A stretch of DNA of 64,000 bases, taken from NCBI GenBank assembly GCA_963753975.1, contig CAVWEH010000002.1, positions 672,001-736,000 of the forward strand, given 5' to 3'. Shown piece by piece: positions 10,186 through 19,697 of the stretch. Positions within the stretch are counted from its first letter, which is position 1. Each line of letters begins with the position of its first letter. The position numbers and the translations under genes are program-made. The notes below the pieces were generated by a model, which worked only from the letters and a program-made list of their open reading frames with translations, had not been told where the DNA came from and made no database searches. This DNA comes from an uncultured delta proteobacterium. GTDB lineage: Bacteria; Desulfobacterota; Syntrophia; Syntrophales; Smithellaceae.

Positions 10186-10867
10186 TCAACCTTTTTTTAG
10201 ATAAAACACAATACTTTTACCGATAAAGGGATTTAAAATACTTTCCATAACTCTTATAGATCGCGGCTTACATATTATTATATCCCATTCCAGAAATCTT
10301 TTATAATATCGAATAAGCGCATTCTTTTCATTTTTTAAACCAACCAGGCACTTGAGCCACCGATAAGGCGCATGGAGAGCGTGCTTGTAATTAATTTTCC
10401 AACAGTTTTTGCAGCTTTTTCTTTTTATAAATGCGGATGTGCCCGCCCTCTTCACTATAATAAGCGGAAGAAATCAGCCAGTAAATTTTTTCGGAAAAAT
10501 ATCGCGGCACGCTGACCACCAGATACCCTGCGGCTTTAAGGATGCGCACCAATTCTTTGAGGGCATTTTCATGTTCGGGTATGTGTTCCAACATTTCCGA
10601 ACAAATGACACGATCAAAAGAAGCGGAAGCAAAAAGCAAATTTTTAATGTCGACACGAGAAACGAGATAATTATTCGATAAGGCGTCCGGCATATTTTTT
10701 AAGGACGTCAGGGCATCGTTCAGATCAGAGCTATTTCTGTCTATACTGATAATTTTCAAATCAGGCATTTTTGCCAGCTTCCGCAAATGCTTGCCCGCCG
10801 CACCGGCATCCAAAACAAGACTGCGAGGTTTTAATTTCAGTTCATGAAAATCTACGGCGACCATCAA
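10186..10867 (-). pseudogene. Class I SAM methyltransferase, split and degenerate
   Basis: ORFs 10391..10867 and 10186..10455 join near 10400; VDF...LDAGAAGKH, FDRVICSEMLEHI, GGHIRIY, HALHAPYRWLKC, GKSIVFY. Confidence 0.75.
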
Positions 10868-12104
10868 TTACCTCCCGGTAAACCTCGACTACTTGCTGCG
10901 CTGCTTTAGACCAGCTGAAAACTGAATTCACTCTTTCTAAACCCGCCTCAGCATATTTTACCCTCTCATCAGGGTTATTGAATAAATACGTTATGGCTTT
11001 GATCAAGGCGGAGGTATCGGCGGGCGGCACAATCATAGCTGCATCACCCACAACTTCCGGCAAGGCGCCGCCGCTTGTTGTAATCAACGGAACGCCGCAA
11101 GCCATTGCCTCCACGGCCGGTATGCCAAATCCTTCATATAAAGACGGAACAACGGCTATTGTTGCAGCCGAATAGTAATCGGCAAATTCTTCATTTTTAA
11201 TACGACCGGTAAACTGGACTATATCACCAATCCCCAGCCTGGCCACCAGTTTTGTAATTACTCCGTTTTTTTTTGGTTCTCCGATAACTGTTAATTTTAC
11301 AGATCGTTTTTTTCTTAATTCCGATACAGCCTCCAACAAATAACTCAACCCTTTTAACGGTATATCCGCGCTATTGGTCACGATAATGGAATTTTCCGGC
11401 CGTGATCCATTTTGAGCCGGATAAAAATACTCGTTGTTGATTCCGTTATGAACCACGTGGAATTTATCTTCATCAATAGAGAATTCCTGAGCGATATCCT
11501 TTTTGGTAAATTCCGATACAGTTACAATATGGGAAAGCTGGCGCGCTACTCTCATCTGCATTTTAATAAAAGTGTACCAGCGGAAAACACGAAATTTCTC
11601 ATAGATTGTTTTTGCCGCTTTAAATTCCTCCTGTTTATCAACGGTTATCGGATGATGAATAGTTGCTATTGTCGGAATAATTTTTCTGGCGAGCCTTCCG
11701 ACCCCGTAGGAAAGACTCTGATTATCATGAACAATGTCATAATGCATTCCGCACTTCAGTAGATAACGGTAAGCCCGCTCGCCAAAAGTAAAAGGTTCCG
11801 GGAAACTGCCCGTGCAGAAATTCAAAAATTCATACATGTTGATCGGATAGATCAGATCCCTTATCCTTTCCGGACGGAAAAGATGATTGGGATTATACAT
11901 ATCCAGGTTCGGCAACTTGTGCAGACACACTTTCGGGTCGAGATGGGGATAGGGAGGTCCTGATATTACATCCACATTATGGCCGATATCAACCAGTGCC
12001 TTGCTTAGATGTTTAATGTAAACACCCTGACCGCCGCACGTGGGATTACCTCTATAGGTCAGCAGGCATATTTTCAACGGCCGGGAATCTCGACTTTTCT
12101 TCAC
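10842..12104 (-). CDS. Glycosyltransferase family 4
   Basis: LLTYRGNPTCGGQGVY, VHDNQSL, PSLYEGFGIPAVEAMACG. Confidence 0.93.
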   Translation of the reverse strand: MKKSRDSRPLKICLLTYRGNPTCGGQGVYIKHLSKALVDIGHNVDVISGPPYPHLDPKVCLHKLPNLDMYNPNHLFRPERIRDLIYPINMYEFLNFCTGSFPEPFTFGERAYRYLLKCGMHYDIVHDNQSLSYGVGRLARKIIPTIATIHHPITVDKQEEFKAAKTIYEKFRVFRWYTFIKMQMRVARQLSHIVTVSEFTKKDIAQEFSIDEDKFHVVHNGINNEYFYPAQNGSRPENSIIVTNSADIPLKGLSYLLEAVSELRKKRSVKLTVIGEPKKNGVITKLVARLGIGDIVQFTGRIKNEEFADYYSAATIAVVPSLYEGFGIPAVEAMACGVPLITTSGGALPEVVGDAAMIVPPADTSALIKAITYLFNNPDERVKYAEAGLERVNSVFSWSKAAQQVVEVYREVIDGRRRFS

Positions 12105-12751
12105 ACACAGGCCCTCTGCACAAGCTTTTGTGAATTTTCAAACATCGCGGCAATTTCAACATCGGTCAAACCCGCGCCGCGGGCGATATTTGTCGCCATT
12201 TTACTGCCAACGAAATCACTGGGAGCATGTGCATCGTTATCAAGAACAAGCTGCGCCTTAAATTTTCCGGCCATCTGAGCAACATGCCCATTCGTCAGGC
12301 TGTGATTTTTCCGGGTGGTAATCTCCAGATAAATTCCTTTTTCGGCGGCCAGCTTCGTTTCTTTTTCAGTCAAAAGTCCGGGATGGGCTAAAATATCTAT
12401 GGAGGAGTTAAGCGCCGCCAAATTGGTGCCGGGAGGAACAGGTTCGGCCAAAGTTTCACCATGCACAACAACTATCTTTGCTCCCAAAATTCTCGCCTCA
12501 TCAGCAAGCGCGGCTATATCTTTAGGGTGAACATGAGTAAGTTCAATGCCGGGAAGCACTGTGATATTCCCTTTTTCCGTTATTTTTAAGCAAACCTTAA
12601 TAATCCTGGGCAGAATGAAATCAATATTGGAATGATCGGCATGATCGGTAATGGCTATAGCTTTATACCCGGCCGAAAAGGCGCGTTGCGCCAACTCCGT
12701 GGGAATTAAGTCGCCGTCACTGAAAAGGGAATGTGTATGCAGATCAATCAC
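12101..12751 (-). CDS. PHP-domain protein (histidinol-phosphate phosphatase-like)
   Basis: DLHTHSLFSDG, AITDH, ILAHPG, DAH. Confidence 0.9.
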   Translation of the reverse strand: MIDLHTHSLFSDGDLIPTELAQRAFSAGYKAIAITDHADHSNIDFILPRIIKVCLKITEKGNITVLPGIELTHVHPKDIAALADEARILGAKIVVVHGETLAEPVPPGTNLAALNSSIDILAHPGLLTEKETKLAAEKGIYLEITTRKNHSLTNGHVAQMAGKFKAQLVLDNDAHAPSDFVGSKMATNIARGAGLTDVEIAAMFENSQKLVQRACV

Positions 12752-12897
12752 TTAACGCATCCAGTGGGGGGAATTTATTCAAAACAATTAGAACGTGTTT
12801 GATTTAACAAATTTATAACCGCTAGTCAATAGAGATATGGATACTATGATAATTAATATATTATTGGGTTTTTTCGCAATAATTGCCGGATTGACGG

Positions 12898-12992
12898 AGC
12901 CGCGGCCAAACGGCTTACTGTGCGGCGGGTGCCTACAAAATTGTGATTTGGCAAGATGCTCGCGGCCCGCTCGTACCAGCTAAGGGTTAGGT
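12898..12992 (-). other. Truncated attC-like site at the 3' end of the CBS gene
   Basis: Minus-strand ACCTAAC (RYYYAAC) just before the stop codon, then GC-rich arms ending GGCCGCGGCT; no closing GTTRRRY. Confidence 0.5.
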
Positions 12993-13375
12993 GCCTCCTT
13001 CAATAAGTATTGTTCTACAAAATCGAGAGAAGACACAAATCCCTGTATCGATTTGTTTTCCGACACTACGACGTGATGGATCTTGTTTTTAACCATCAAT
13101 TTGGCAACTTCGCCCACAGGGGTATCGGGACTGACTTCAATAGGCTTGTACGTACAAATCTCCCATGCGTGCGCTGCCTTGGGGCTTTTCCCAGTCGAGT
13201 GGAAATGAAGCAAGTCTGAAGCGCTAATAATTCCGAAAAGCATGCCCTTCGAATCTACAACCGGCACGGACGATAGGCCGTACGAATTTAGCAGTTCTTC
13301 AATGTGCTCGACGGTGTCTTCCGTATTTGCAGTCTGTACGCTTTTCGTCATAATGTACGAAATTGGCTTATCCAT
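12980..13375 (-). CDS. CBS-domain pair protein (integron cassette-like)
   Basis: SSVPVVD..GIIS..DL and HHVVV...GFVSSLD CBS repeats. Confidence 0.88.
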   Translation of the reverse strand: MDKPISYIMTKSVQTANTEDTVEHIEELLNSYGLSSVPVVDSKGMLFGIISASDLLHFHSTGKSPKAAHAWEICTYKPIEVSPDTPVGEVAKLMVKNKIHHVVVSENKSIQGFVSSLDFVEQYLLKEAPNP

Positions 13376-13397
13376 TTTGTTTACCTTTCTGTCGGAT

Positions 13398-13464
13398 ACC
13401 TAACATGTTTGGGCTCAAGCCGCGGCCCATCAGGGCTGTCCTGCCTGGAGCAATATTGTTAGGA
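13398..13464 (-). other. attC-like recombination site (67 bp)
   Basis: Minus strand TCCTAAC...GCTCCAG...CTTGAGC...GTTAGGT imperfect palindrome ending in GTTRRRY. Confidence 0.65.
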
Positions 13465-13662
13465 GGCGCAACTATTGCGGCTCTTTGTATCCCACGAGAG
13501 ATTTGATCTTTTGCCAGAACGTACCTGCATCTGAAAATGTAAGAAGAATTAATATTATACAAGCATGACTTATTAGTGAATGTCAAGATTGAATTTCTCT
13601 GCGGCAAAGCCGCCGAGCGTCTTCGATTCATGAGGAAATACTAATTCTGTATTCGGTCACTT

Positions 13663-13685
13663 GCCCCGCAGCAAGCTGCGCGGCG
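13663..13685. repeat. Short palindrome GCCCCGCAGCAAGCTGCGCGGC (REP-like)
   Basis: CGCAGC-AA-GCTGCG hairpin downstream of the thioesterase gene. Confidence 0.45.
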
Positions 13686-13702
13686 TGCGCTCGCCAATGA
13701 AT

Positions 13703-14122
13703 TCATTTTTTCAAAAGCAGAAATGTTGCCGAAACACGGCAGATGTTTTTCCCCTTGTCATCCTTAACCAGGCAATCTCCGATGATCAAACTTTGACCTT
13801 TTTTAAAAACAGTGGCATCGGCAATAAGCTCCCCACTATTAACTCCCGCCAGAAAATTGCTCTTTAGCTCGATAGTGGTTAAACCCTCTTCCGGGCTTAA
13901 TTGAGTCATCATCGCATGGGCAATAGCCTCATCGGCCAGAGCAACGATAAGCCCGCCTTGCATCATTTTCGCTCCCTGCAGATATTCCGGGCGCACTGGC
14001 ATTCGAAACCGGGCATAACCATCTTTTAAATCAGCCAGAGTTACGCCTAAATAATCCAGAAAGGGATTTATGCCTTTCTGACCATCACAAATTTTTTTCA
14101 GGTAGAGGTTGTAATTGAAAAT
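13703..14122 (-). CDS. PaaI-family (hotdog fold) thioesterase
   Basis: NPFLDYLGV, QGGLIVALADEA, TTIELKSNFL; frame extends upstream of the listed ATG (14002) to an ATT after AGGAG. Confidence 0.85.
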   Translation of the reverse strand: MFNYNLYLKKICDGQKGINPFLDYLGVTLADLKDGYARFRMPVRPEYLQGAKMMQGGLIVALADEAIAHAMMTQLSPEEGLTTIELKSNFLAGVNSGELIADATVFKKGQSLIIGDCLVKDDKGKNICRVSATFLLLKK

Positions 14123-14243
14123 AGTTGTCTCCTTTCTCTATTGAGCAAACCACTTTCACAACTTAACGCTTGCCTTGCATAAAATAATATCGCCGGAAAA
14201 TCAAACCAAACTTTAGCCGGTCTGCCATAATTTAATGCCGGAT

Positions 14244-15113
14244 TTATGAAGACATCGAGAGGAGGAATGATCGAAGATTTGTTTTTTTATTTTTTATGCC
14301 GAGTTTTAAACGAATATTTTTTCTGTGAAAATCAACAGCCGTCGCCGATATATTCAAATATTCAGTCATTTCTTTAGTAGTCTTGCCTTCCCGGATGAGA
14401 GTGGCAATTTGAATTTCCCGCGGTGTCAGATCAAAATGTTTCGTGGTTAGATTATGCAGAAAAGGCGAGATGATCTCTTTGAGGTGGCTTTCAATTATGC
14501 TAACATGCGTTAATTGATTATCATTCAATTTCAAACTTTTTAATTTTTCAATAGGGGGAAGAATAAGCTTTTTAACATTAGATAGAATGTTTTCTTCCAT
14601 GGCTATCTTATCTTCTTCTCTCTGCTTCAACAAAACTTTTAAGGCTATATTGGCTTCTTCTAACGTTTTGGACTTCAATTGCAATTCTCTTTCACTGTTC
14701 TTCAAATCATTCTCAGCTTTTCTACGTTCATTGCGCTCGGCTAATTCGTTCAACGCCCGGTTAACCGACGGAGCAAGTCTCAATAGATTATTTTTCAAAA
14801 CATAATCCGTCGCTCCCTTTTTGAGTAACTCCACTGCCAGTTCTTCCCCCAAAGCGCCGGAGACAAAAATAAAAGGAATGTCGGGATATTGGCTCGAAAC
14901 AATGTTCAATGCTGACTTACCGCTGAACCCGGGCAAAGAATAATCGGCCAGAATTAAATCCGGCAAAAATTCATCCATTTGTTTGGTAAATTCTGCTTTG
15001 GTGGCAACTCTTTGAGCAACGAAGTTTAACCCGGCTTGTTTTAATTCATCTTCCATCAACTCCGCGTCCGCGGCCGTATCTTCTAATATTAATATACGCA
15101 ATACTTTATTCAT
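14244..15113 (-). CDS. Response regulator with C-terminal LuxR-type HTH
   Basis: ILILED, DYSLP, GATDYVLK; LTPREIQIA...VDFHRKNIRLKLG. Confidence 0.92.
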   Translation of the reverse strand: MNKVLRILILEDTAADAELMEDELKQAGLNFVAQRVATKAEFTKQMDEFLPDLILADYSLPGFSGKSALNIVSSQYPDIPFIFVSGALGEELAVELLKKGATDYVLKNNLLRLAPSVNRALNELAERNERRKAENDLKNSERELQLKSKTLEEANIALKVLLKQREEDKIAMEENILSNVKKLILPPIEKLKSLKLNDNQLTHVSIIESHLKEIISPFLHNLTTKHFDLTPREIQIATLIREGKTTKEMTEYLNISATAVDFHRKNIRLKLGIKNKKTNLRSFLLSMSS

Positions 15114-15172
15114 TCGGACATCCTCAAGTTTTAATTGGCAATACTTGTTTAATCCATCCTTACGTAAACTGA

Positions 15173-15607
15173 CTAATCGGCATTTACATTAAGCTTAATC
15201 CAATAATTTATAATTTTCTTGATATGATCCGCAAATTCATCGGCATCTAAAGGTTTGACTAAGTAACTATTGGCACCCAATTTATAACTTTCTATCCTAT
15301 CCCTTTCTTCATTGGATGACGTAAAAACAACAATGGGGATATGTTTTGTCCTTTCATCAGATTTTAGTAATTTCAGAACTTCCAGGCCATTGATTTTAGG
15401 AAGTTTTAAATCCAGCAATATTAACCGTGGCGGCTTAATTCTTTTTGAGCTAAATTTACCCGTGGGATCGAAAAAGTGTTTTGTCGCTTCAACTCCATCA
15501 CCGAGTATAAGAACTCCGGATTTAATTCCTAATTCACGAAATGTATCCAAAATCATTTCCACATCATGATGATTATCTTCAACTATAATGATATCCGTAT
15601 TATCCAT
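15173..15607 (-). CDS. Single-domain response regulator (Rcp1-like)
   Basis: VEDN, LILLDLKLPKINGLEVL, GANSYLVKP. Confidence 0.92.
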   Translation of the reverse strand: MDNTDIIIVEDNHHDVEMILDTFRELGIKSGVLILGDGVEATKHFFDPTGKFSSKRIKPPRLILLDLKLPKINGLEVLKLLKSDERTKHIPIVVFTSSNEERDRIESYKLGANSYLVKPLDADEFADHIKKIINYWIKLNVNAD

Positions 15608-15615
15608 TTTTCAAG

Positions 15616-17838
15616 TCAGTCCCTTACCGGCAGAGAAAAATAAAAAATTGCTCCTTCTTCAACTTTGCCTTCAGCCCAAACACGACCTCCGTGGCGATGA
15701 ATTATTCTCTGAACAATGGCCAAACCGACGCCGGTGCCTTCATAATCATCAGCGCTATGCAAACGTTGAAAAACTCCAAACAACTTATCATAATATTTCA
15801 TATCAAAACCTACGCCTTTATCTTTTACATAGTAAATATTTTCATTCCCTTCCGGATACCCTCCTGTTTCGATATATGCTTTATCTTTAAATTTTGTATA
15901 TTTTACAGCATTGGATAAAAGATTAGAATAAACTTGTTTTATTAATGTGCGGTCACCCCGGCTTGGCGGGATATTTTTAATCTTAAAATCAATTCTTCTA
16001 TCGGGATTAATGATCTGCAACTCCATCCATATATCATTGATTAAGCCTTCCATATCCAGTTTAGACATATTAATTTCCAGCCGTCCCAAACGGGAGAAGG
16101 AAAGCAAATCGTCAATTAACTTACCCATCATTTGCGTATTGCTTCTGATCAAATCAAATTTACGTTTGGCATCGTCATTGAGCTTATCTCTTTGATCTCG
16201 AAGAATCATCCTGGTGTAGCCGTCAATAGCACGTAGCGGTGCTCTGAGATCGTGAGAAACTGAATAGCTGAAACTTTCCAATTCTTTGTTCGTTACTTCC
16301 AGTAACTTTGTCCGCAGTTCAATGAGTTTTTCTACGTCTTTGCGTTCTCGTATTTCTGATTGCAGAGCTTCATTAGTTCTTTGTAATTCGTTTGTTCTTT
16401 CTTTTACCCGTAATTCCAATTCATTATGCGCCGCCTTTAACGCTTGCTCTATACGTCTTAATTCTGTTACATCACGGGCCGCCGCAAAAATACCCTGCAC
16501 CTCTCCGCTCTCGTTTTTATATAAGGAAGCATTATATAATACTTCGGTAACACCACCTGCAACAGTGCGTAGGGACAGAGGATAGTCCCGGACAACGCCT
16601 TTTTCAAATACCAGTTTGTATCCCTCGTCGGCCTTTTCCGGTTGAGTAAAATAATTGGAAAAATTACTGCCGATCAATTCTTTTCTGGATCGTCCCGTTA
16701 TCAACTCCGTTGAGCTGTTGACATCCATAATTTTTCCTTCCGGGCTGATGGTCACTAAAGGATCGAGGCTCGCTTCGATTAGACTTCGGGCATATAAAAA
16801 AGCCCTTTTATATTCCTGCTCGTATTGTTCACGATAATATTTTGCCTGCCGATAACGCCAGATATACGCAGCAACGACTCCAAGAATTAATATTGTGACT
16901 ATTATGAAAAATACAGCCATCCAAAAACGTTCGGTTAAGGAGGCATATATTTCTTCTGTATCAACTTTAGCGACAAGAAACCACGTGGAATCCGGCACCG
17001 CCTTGATTGCTGCAAGAACATTTTTTTTACGGTAATCTATCCCCTCAACAACGCCTTTCGCTCCTAATACAGCCCTAACGGCAGGTAGCGATGATTGAGT
17101 TATCGGATATCTCATCGTCATAGGTATATTCTTGCTGTAACGCAACTCGTTAAGATACACAACTTCGTTACCATCACGATGTGCCAACAAAGCCTCTCCC
17201 GTCTCACTAGGTGTTGGCCATACTTTAATAGTAGGGTATAAACGTATATTGGGATCTATAATAACCATTACAGTACCAAGGCGTATTGTGTTCTTCTTTT
17301 GAATAATCACAATAGGTATAGCCATTGACAGAAAAACACCGCTCGTTTTGTCGTCTCTATAGAAATCACTAAAAACTATATTATTTTTTTCGAAAGCTTC
17401 ATTGATGACATTAGAATAAATCTTACCAAAATTAGAATTGTATCTATTTAGGGCCAATTTAACTTTCTTATTCTTATCGAGAAGTAAAATGTTTTTATAT
17501 TGATATGATTTTTGTGTTGCCGAAAGTAAGGACAAAATATTCTTTTTTGCTTCCAGAGATGACGGATTGTTGAAGAATTGGAATACGTTGGAAGCAAATA
17601 CATTATTTTCAAAGATAACGGTCGCATTAGCGATACGTTCTTTGCGCCAATTGTTGATTTCCCCTACTTTAAGCTCGGCAATTGCAGTCAGTTGCTGACG
17701 GGCAGCATTACCAATATCTGTTTTCTGATCCTGATATACATAATAGCCCCGGACAATTATAAAAACGGAAACTGAGAAAAATATTATTAATGCAATTGAA
17801 AGAGTAATTTTGTTTTTCTGAGGGAGAGGATTTGTCAT
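15616..17838 (-). CDS. Membrane sensor histidine kinase with periplasmic and PAS domains
   Basis: Two TM segments, PAS RSLIEASLDPLVTI, H-box SVSHDLRAPL, NLLSNAVK, GTGVGLAIV. Confidence 0.95.
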   Translation of the reverse strand: MTNPLPQKNKITLSIALIIFFSVSVFIIVRGYYVYQDQKTDIGNAARQQLTAIAELKVGEINNWRKERIANATVIFENNVFASNVFQFFNNPSSLEAKKNILSLLSATQKSYQYKNILLLDKNKKVKLALNRYNSNFGKIYSNVINEAFEKNNIVFSDFYRDDKTSGVFLSMAIPIVIIQKKNTIRLGTVMVIIDPNIRLYPTIKVWPTPSETGEALLAHRDGNEVVYLNELRYSKNIPMTMRYPITQSSLPAVRAVLGAKGVVEGIDYRKKNVLAAIKAVPDSTWFLVAKVDTEEIYASLTERFWMAVFFIIVTILILGVVAAYIWRYRQAKYYREQYEQEYKRAFLYARSLIEASLDPLVTISPEGKIMDVNSSTELITGRSRKELIGSNFSNYFTQPEKADEGYKLVFEKGVVRDYPLSLRTVAGGVTEVLYNASLYKNESGEVQGIFAAARDVTELRRIEQALKAAHNELELRVKERTNELQRTNEALQSEIRERKDVEKLIELRTKLLEVTNKELESFSYSVSHDLRAPLRAIDGYTRMILRDQRDKLNDDAKRKFDLIRSNTQMMGKLIDDLLSFSRLGRLEINMSKLDMEGLINDIWMELQIINPDRRIDFKIKNIPPSRGDRTLIKQVYSNLLSNAVKYTKFKDKAYIETGGYPEGNENIYYVKDKGVGFDMKYYDKLFGVFQRLHSADDYEGTGVGLAIVQRIIHRHGGRVWAEGKVEEGAIFYFSLPVRD

Positions 17839-18027
17839 GCCCGCGCTACTTTCTTATGTACAATAGGCCTTTATTTATTTTGAGTTATTATAAACTCGAA
17901 TAACTTTCAATACAAGAGTGTTTCTTAATATTCACTACGTACAAAAGCAATTAAAATGACTAATAAAAGCAGATTTGCCCCGTGCGCTGACATATCTCAA
18001 TCTTCATCATGACGGCATTACCATATT

Positions 18028-18590
18028 TTACTTATCCTTTATATTTTTGCGCTGGTGCAATGTAACGATTGCAGAAAACGAAGCGCCGACCAAGATCACT
18101 GCCCTCAAAGCAACAAGGAAAAGAGTGTATGTCAATGCGGTGTACATCGCCGACTCAGAGATTTTATTGATGGTCGCATTACGGCCCTCCAAATCGTAAT
18201 CTGGAAAAACATAAAAATAATGATGGGCAATGTCGTCTGTGTCCAGTACAATCTGCTGAATTTTTGAACGGTCCTCGACAATCGTGATGCGCAGCCAGCG
18301 TAGTTCTTTGTAATGGGAAAAGACCAGCAAAATGCTAATCACCGCGGCAATTCCCGCAAGGGCAGGAACCCAGGTTTCATCCTCCATCAGCCGAAAAGAA
18401 ATAAGAAAACACACGAAAAATAGATGAAGCAAGAAAACCCGGCAGACCATACCCAGGAAGCGAAATGCGAAAAATCACCCATACTGTCTATTCTTGTAAT
18501 AGCTGTCGTGTAGGCAAAGACAAGCGAAACTAACACGAGTCCGAATAGTGTGCCGGCCACCTGGGCCAGTGCTAAAAAACCCTATTCCAT
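18028..18590 (-). pseudogene. Hypothetical membrane protein with in-frame stop and frameshift
   Basis: ATG-GAA-TAG at 18590, then a hydrophobic frame (GFLALAQVAGTLFGLV...) shifting near 18418 into ORF 18028..18450. Confidence 0.5.
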
Positions 18591-18663
18591 ATTAATTATT
18601 TCCCTTTTAAAATGCAATATCCTTCCTTATCTAAGTGTCAATCAATAATGCCTTGATCAACCT

Positions 18664-19046
18664 TTACCTGGAGAAAATCATTTTTATCGAGATGATCAGT
18701 AAGGCAATGCCGAATATTCTTTCCCGTGTTTGATTGGATATATTAGTGGCTAATTTAGCACCAATTAGCCGCCAAATAAGAACCCAACGCAGATTAATGC
18801 GCAGCAACGGGAAAATCAGCGTATCCTTGTTTATAATACGTCCATGCGGCAAGGATGCCTATTGGTGGAACTAATAAAGCCAATGTCGTTCCTTGGGCCG
18901 TTTTTGGGAAAGGCCAAAAATGATGACCGAAACCGGTACAACAATAGTTCCACCCCGATACCGATTAATCCGCTTAAGAAACCGGCCAATATTCCCAGCA
19001 TAATATAAAGCAGGCCCAACGACATGGTCATTCTATATATTGCCAA
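18664..19046 (-). pseudogene. TauE/SafE (TSUP) membrane protein, multiply frameshifted
   Basis: LGILAGFLSGLIGIG N-terminus and GAKLA...RIFGIALLIISIKMI C-terminus in different frames. Confidence 0.7.
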
Positions 19047-19121
19047 ATATTAAAAAATATTTTCTATGCATGAGCACTCGTCCAATACAAAATATTATTA
19101 AAAGTCAGGCAGAATAACAGC

Positions 19122-19631
19122 TCACGGGGAAAGAACAAACTGATCATTTCTGTTTTTCGCCCACGCTTCTTCATTATGAGCAGGGTCCAAGGGACGATCT
19201 TTACCGTAACTGATCGTGGAAATCCTTTTTGCATTAATACCTTTTTCAGTCAGGTATTTCCTGGCGGTATCTGCTCTTCTCTGACCAAGAGCCATGTTGT
19301 ATTCTTCCGTTCCTCTTTCGTCGCAATTACCCTCTATTTTTACTTTATATTCAGAATTTTTCAATAACCAATTAGCATGAGCGTTTAAAATTTTTCTATC
19401 CGCTGGCCGCAGGTTATATTTATCGAAATCAAAATGAATATTTCCCAACTCGAATTTCTGTTCTCCCGTGGCAACAAGTGGTGCCGGAGCCGACTTCATC
19501 TCTTCCTGTTTGGCATTCTGCGGCTGCGCAGAATTTTCTACAACTGTTTCTTTTTTAGCACATCCGGTCATCCCTAAAAAAACAGCCACTGCTAAAAGAG
19601 TTATAACCTTGAGATACAATGCGTTTTTCAT
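19122..19631 (-). CDS. pal: Peptidoglycan-associated lipoprotein
   Basis: Lipobox MTGC; IHFDFDKY, IEGNCDERGTEEYNMALGQRRA, ISYGK. Confidence 0.92.
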   Translation of the reverse strand: MKNALYLKVITLLAVAVFLGMTGCAKKETVVENSAQPQNAKQEEMKSAPAPLVATGEQKFELGNIHFDFDKYNLRPADRKILNAHANWLLKNSEYKVKIEGNCDERGTEEYNMALGQRRADTARKYLTEKGINAKRISTISYGKDRPLDPAHNEEAWAKNRNDQFVLSP

Positions 19632-19697
19632 GACTTTGTTTCCTCCTCATTTTTTTATCGTTTCACAATCGGACTAGCGCTCATGCATAGTACCAGT

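Noticed and set aside
13554..13586. Pc-like promoter TTGACA...TATAAT upstream of the CBS cassette
   Set aside because: The spacer is 21 bp, outside the normal range.
18582..18590. Pyrrolysine or stop read-through at ATG-GAA-TAG
   Set aside because: The same gene also has a frameshift and no pyl genes are visible.
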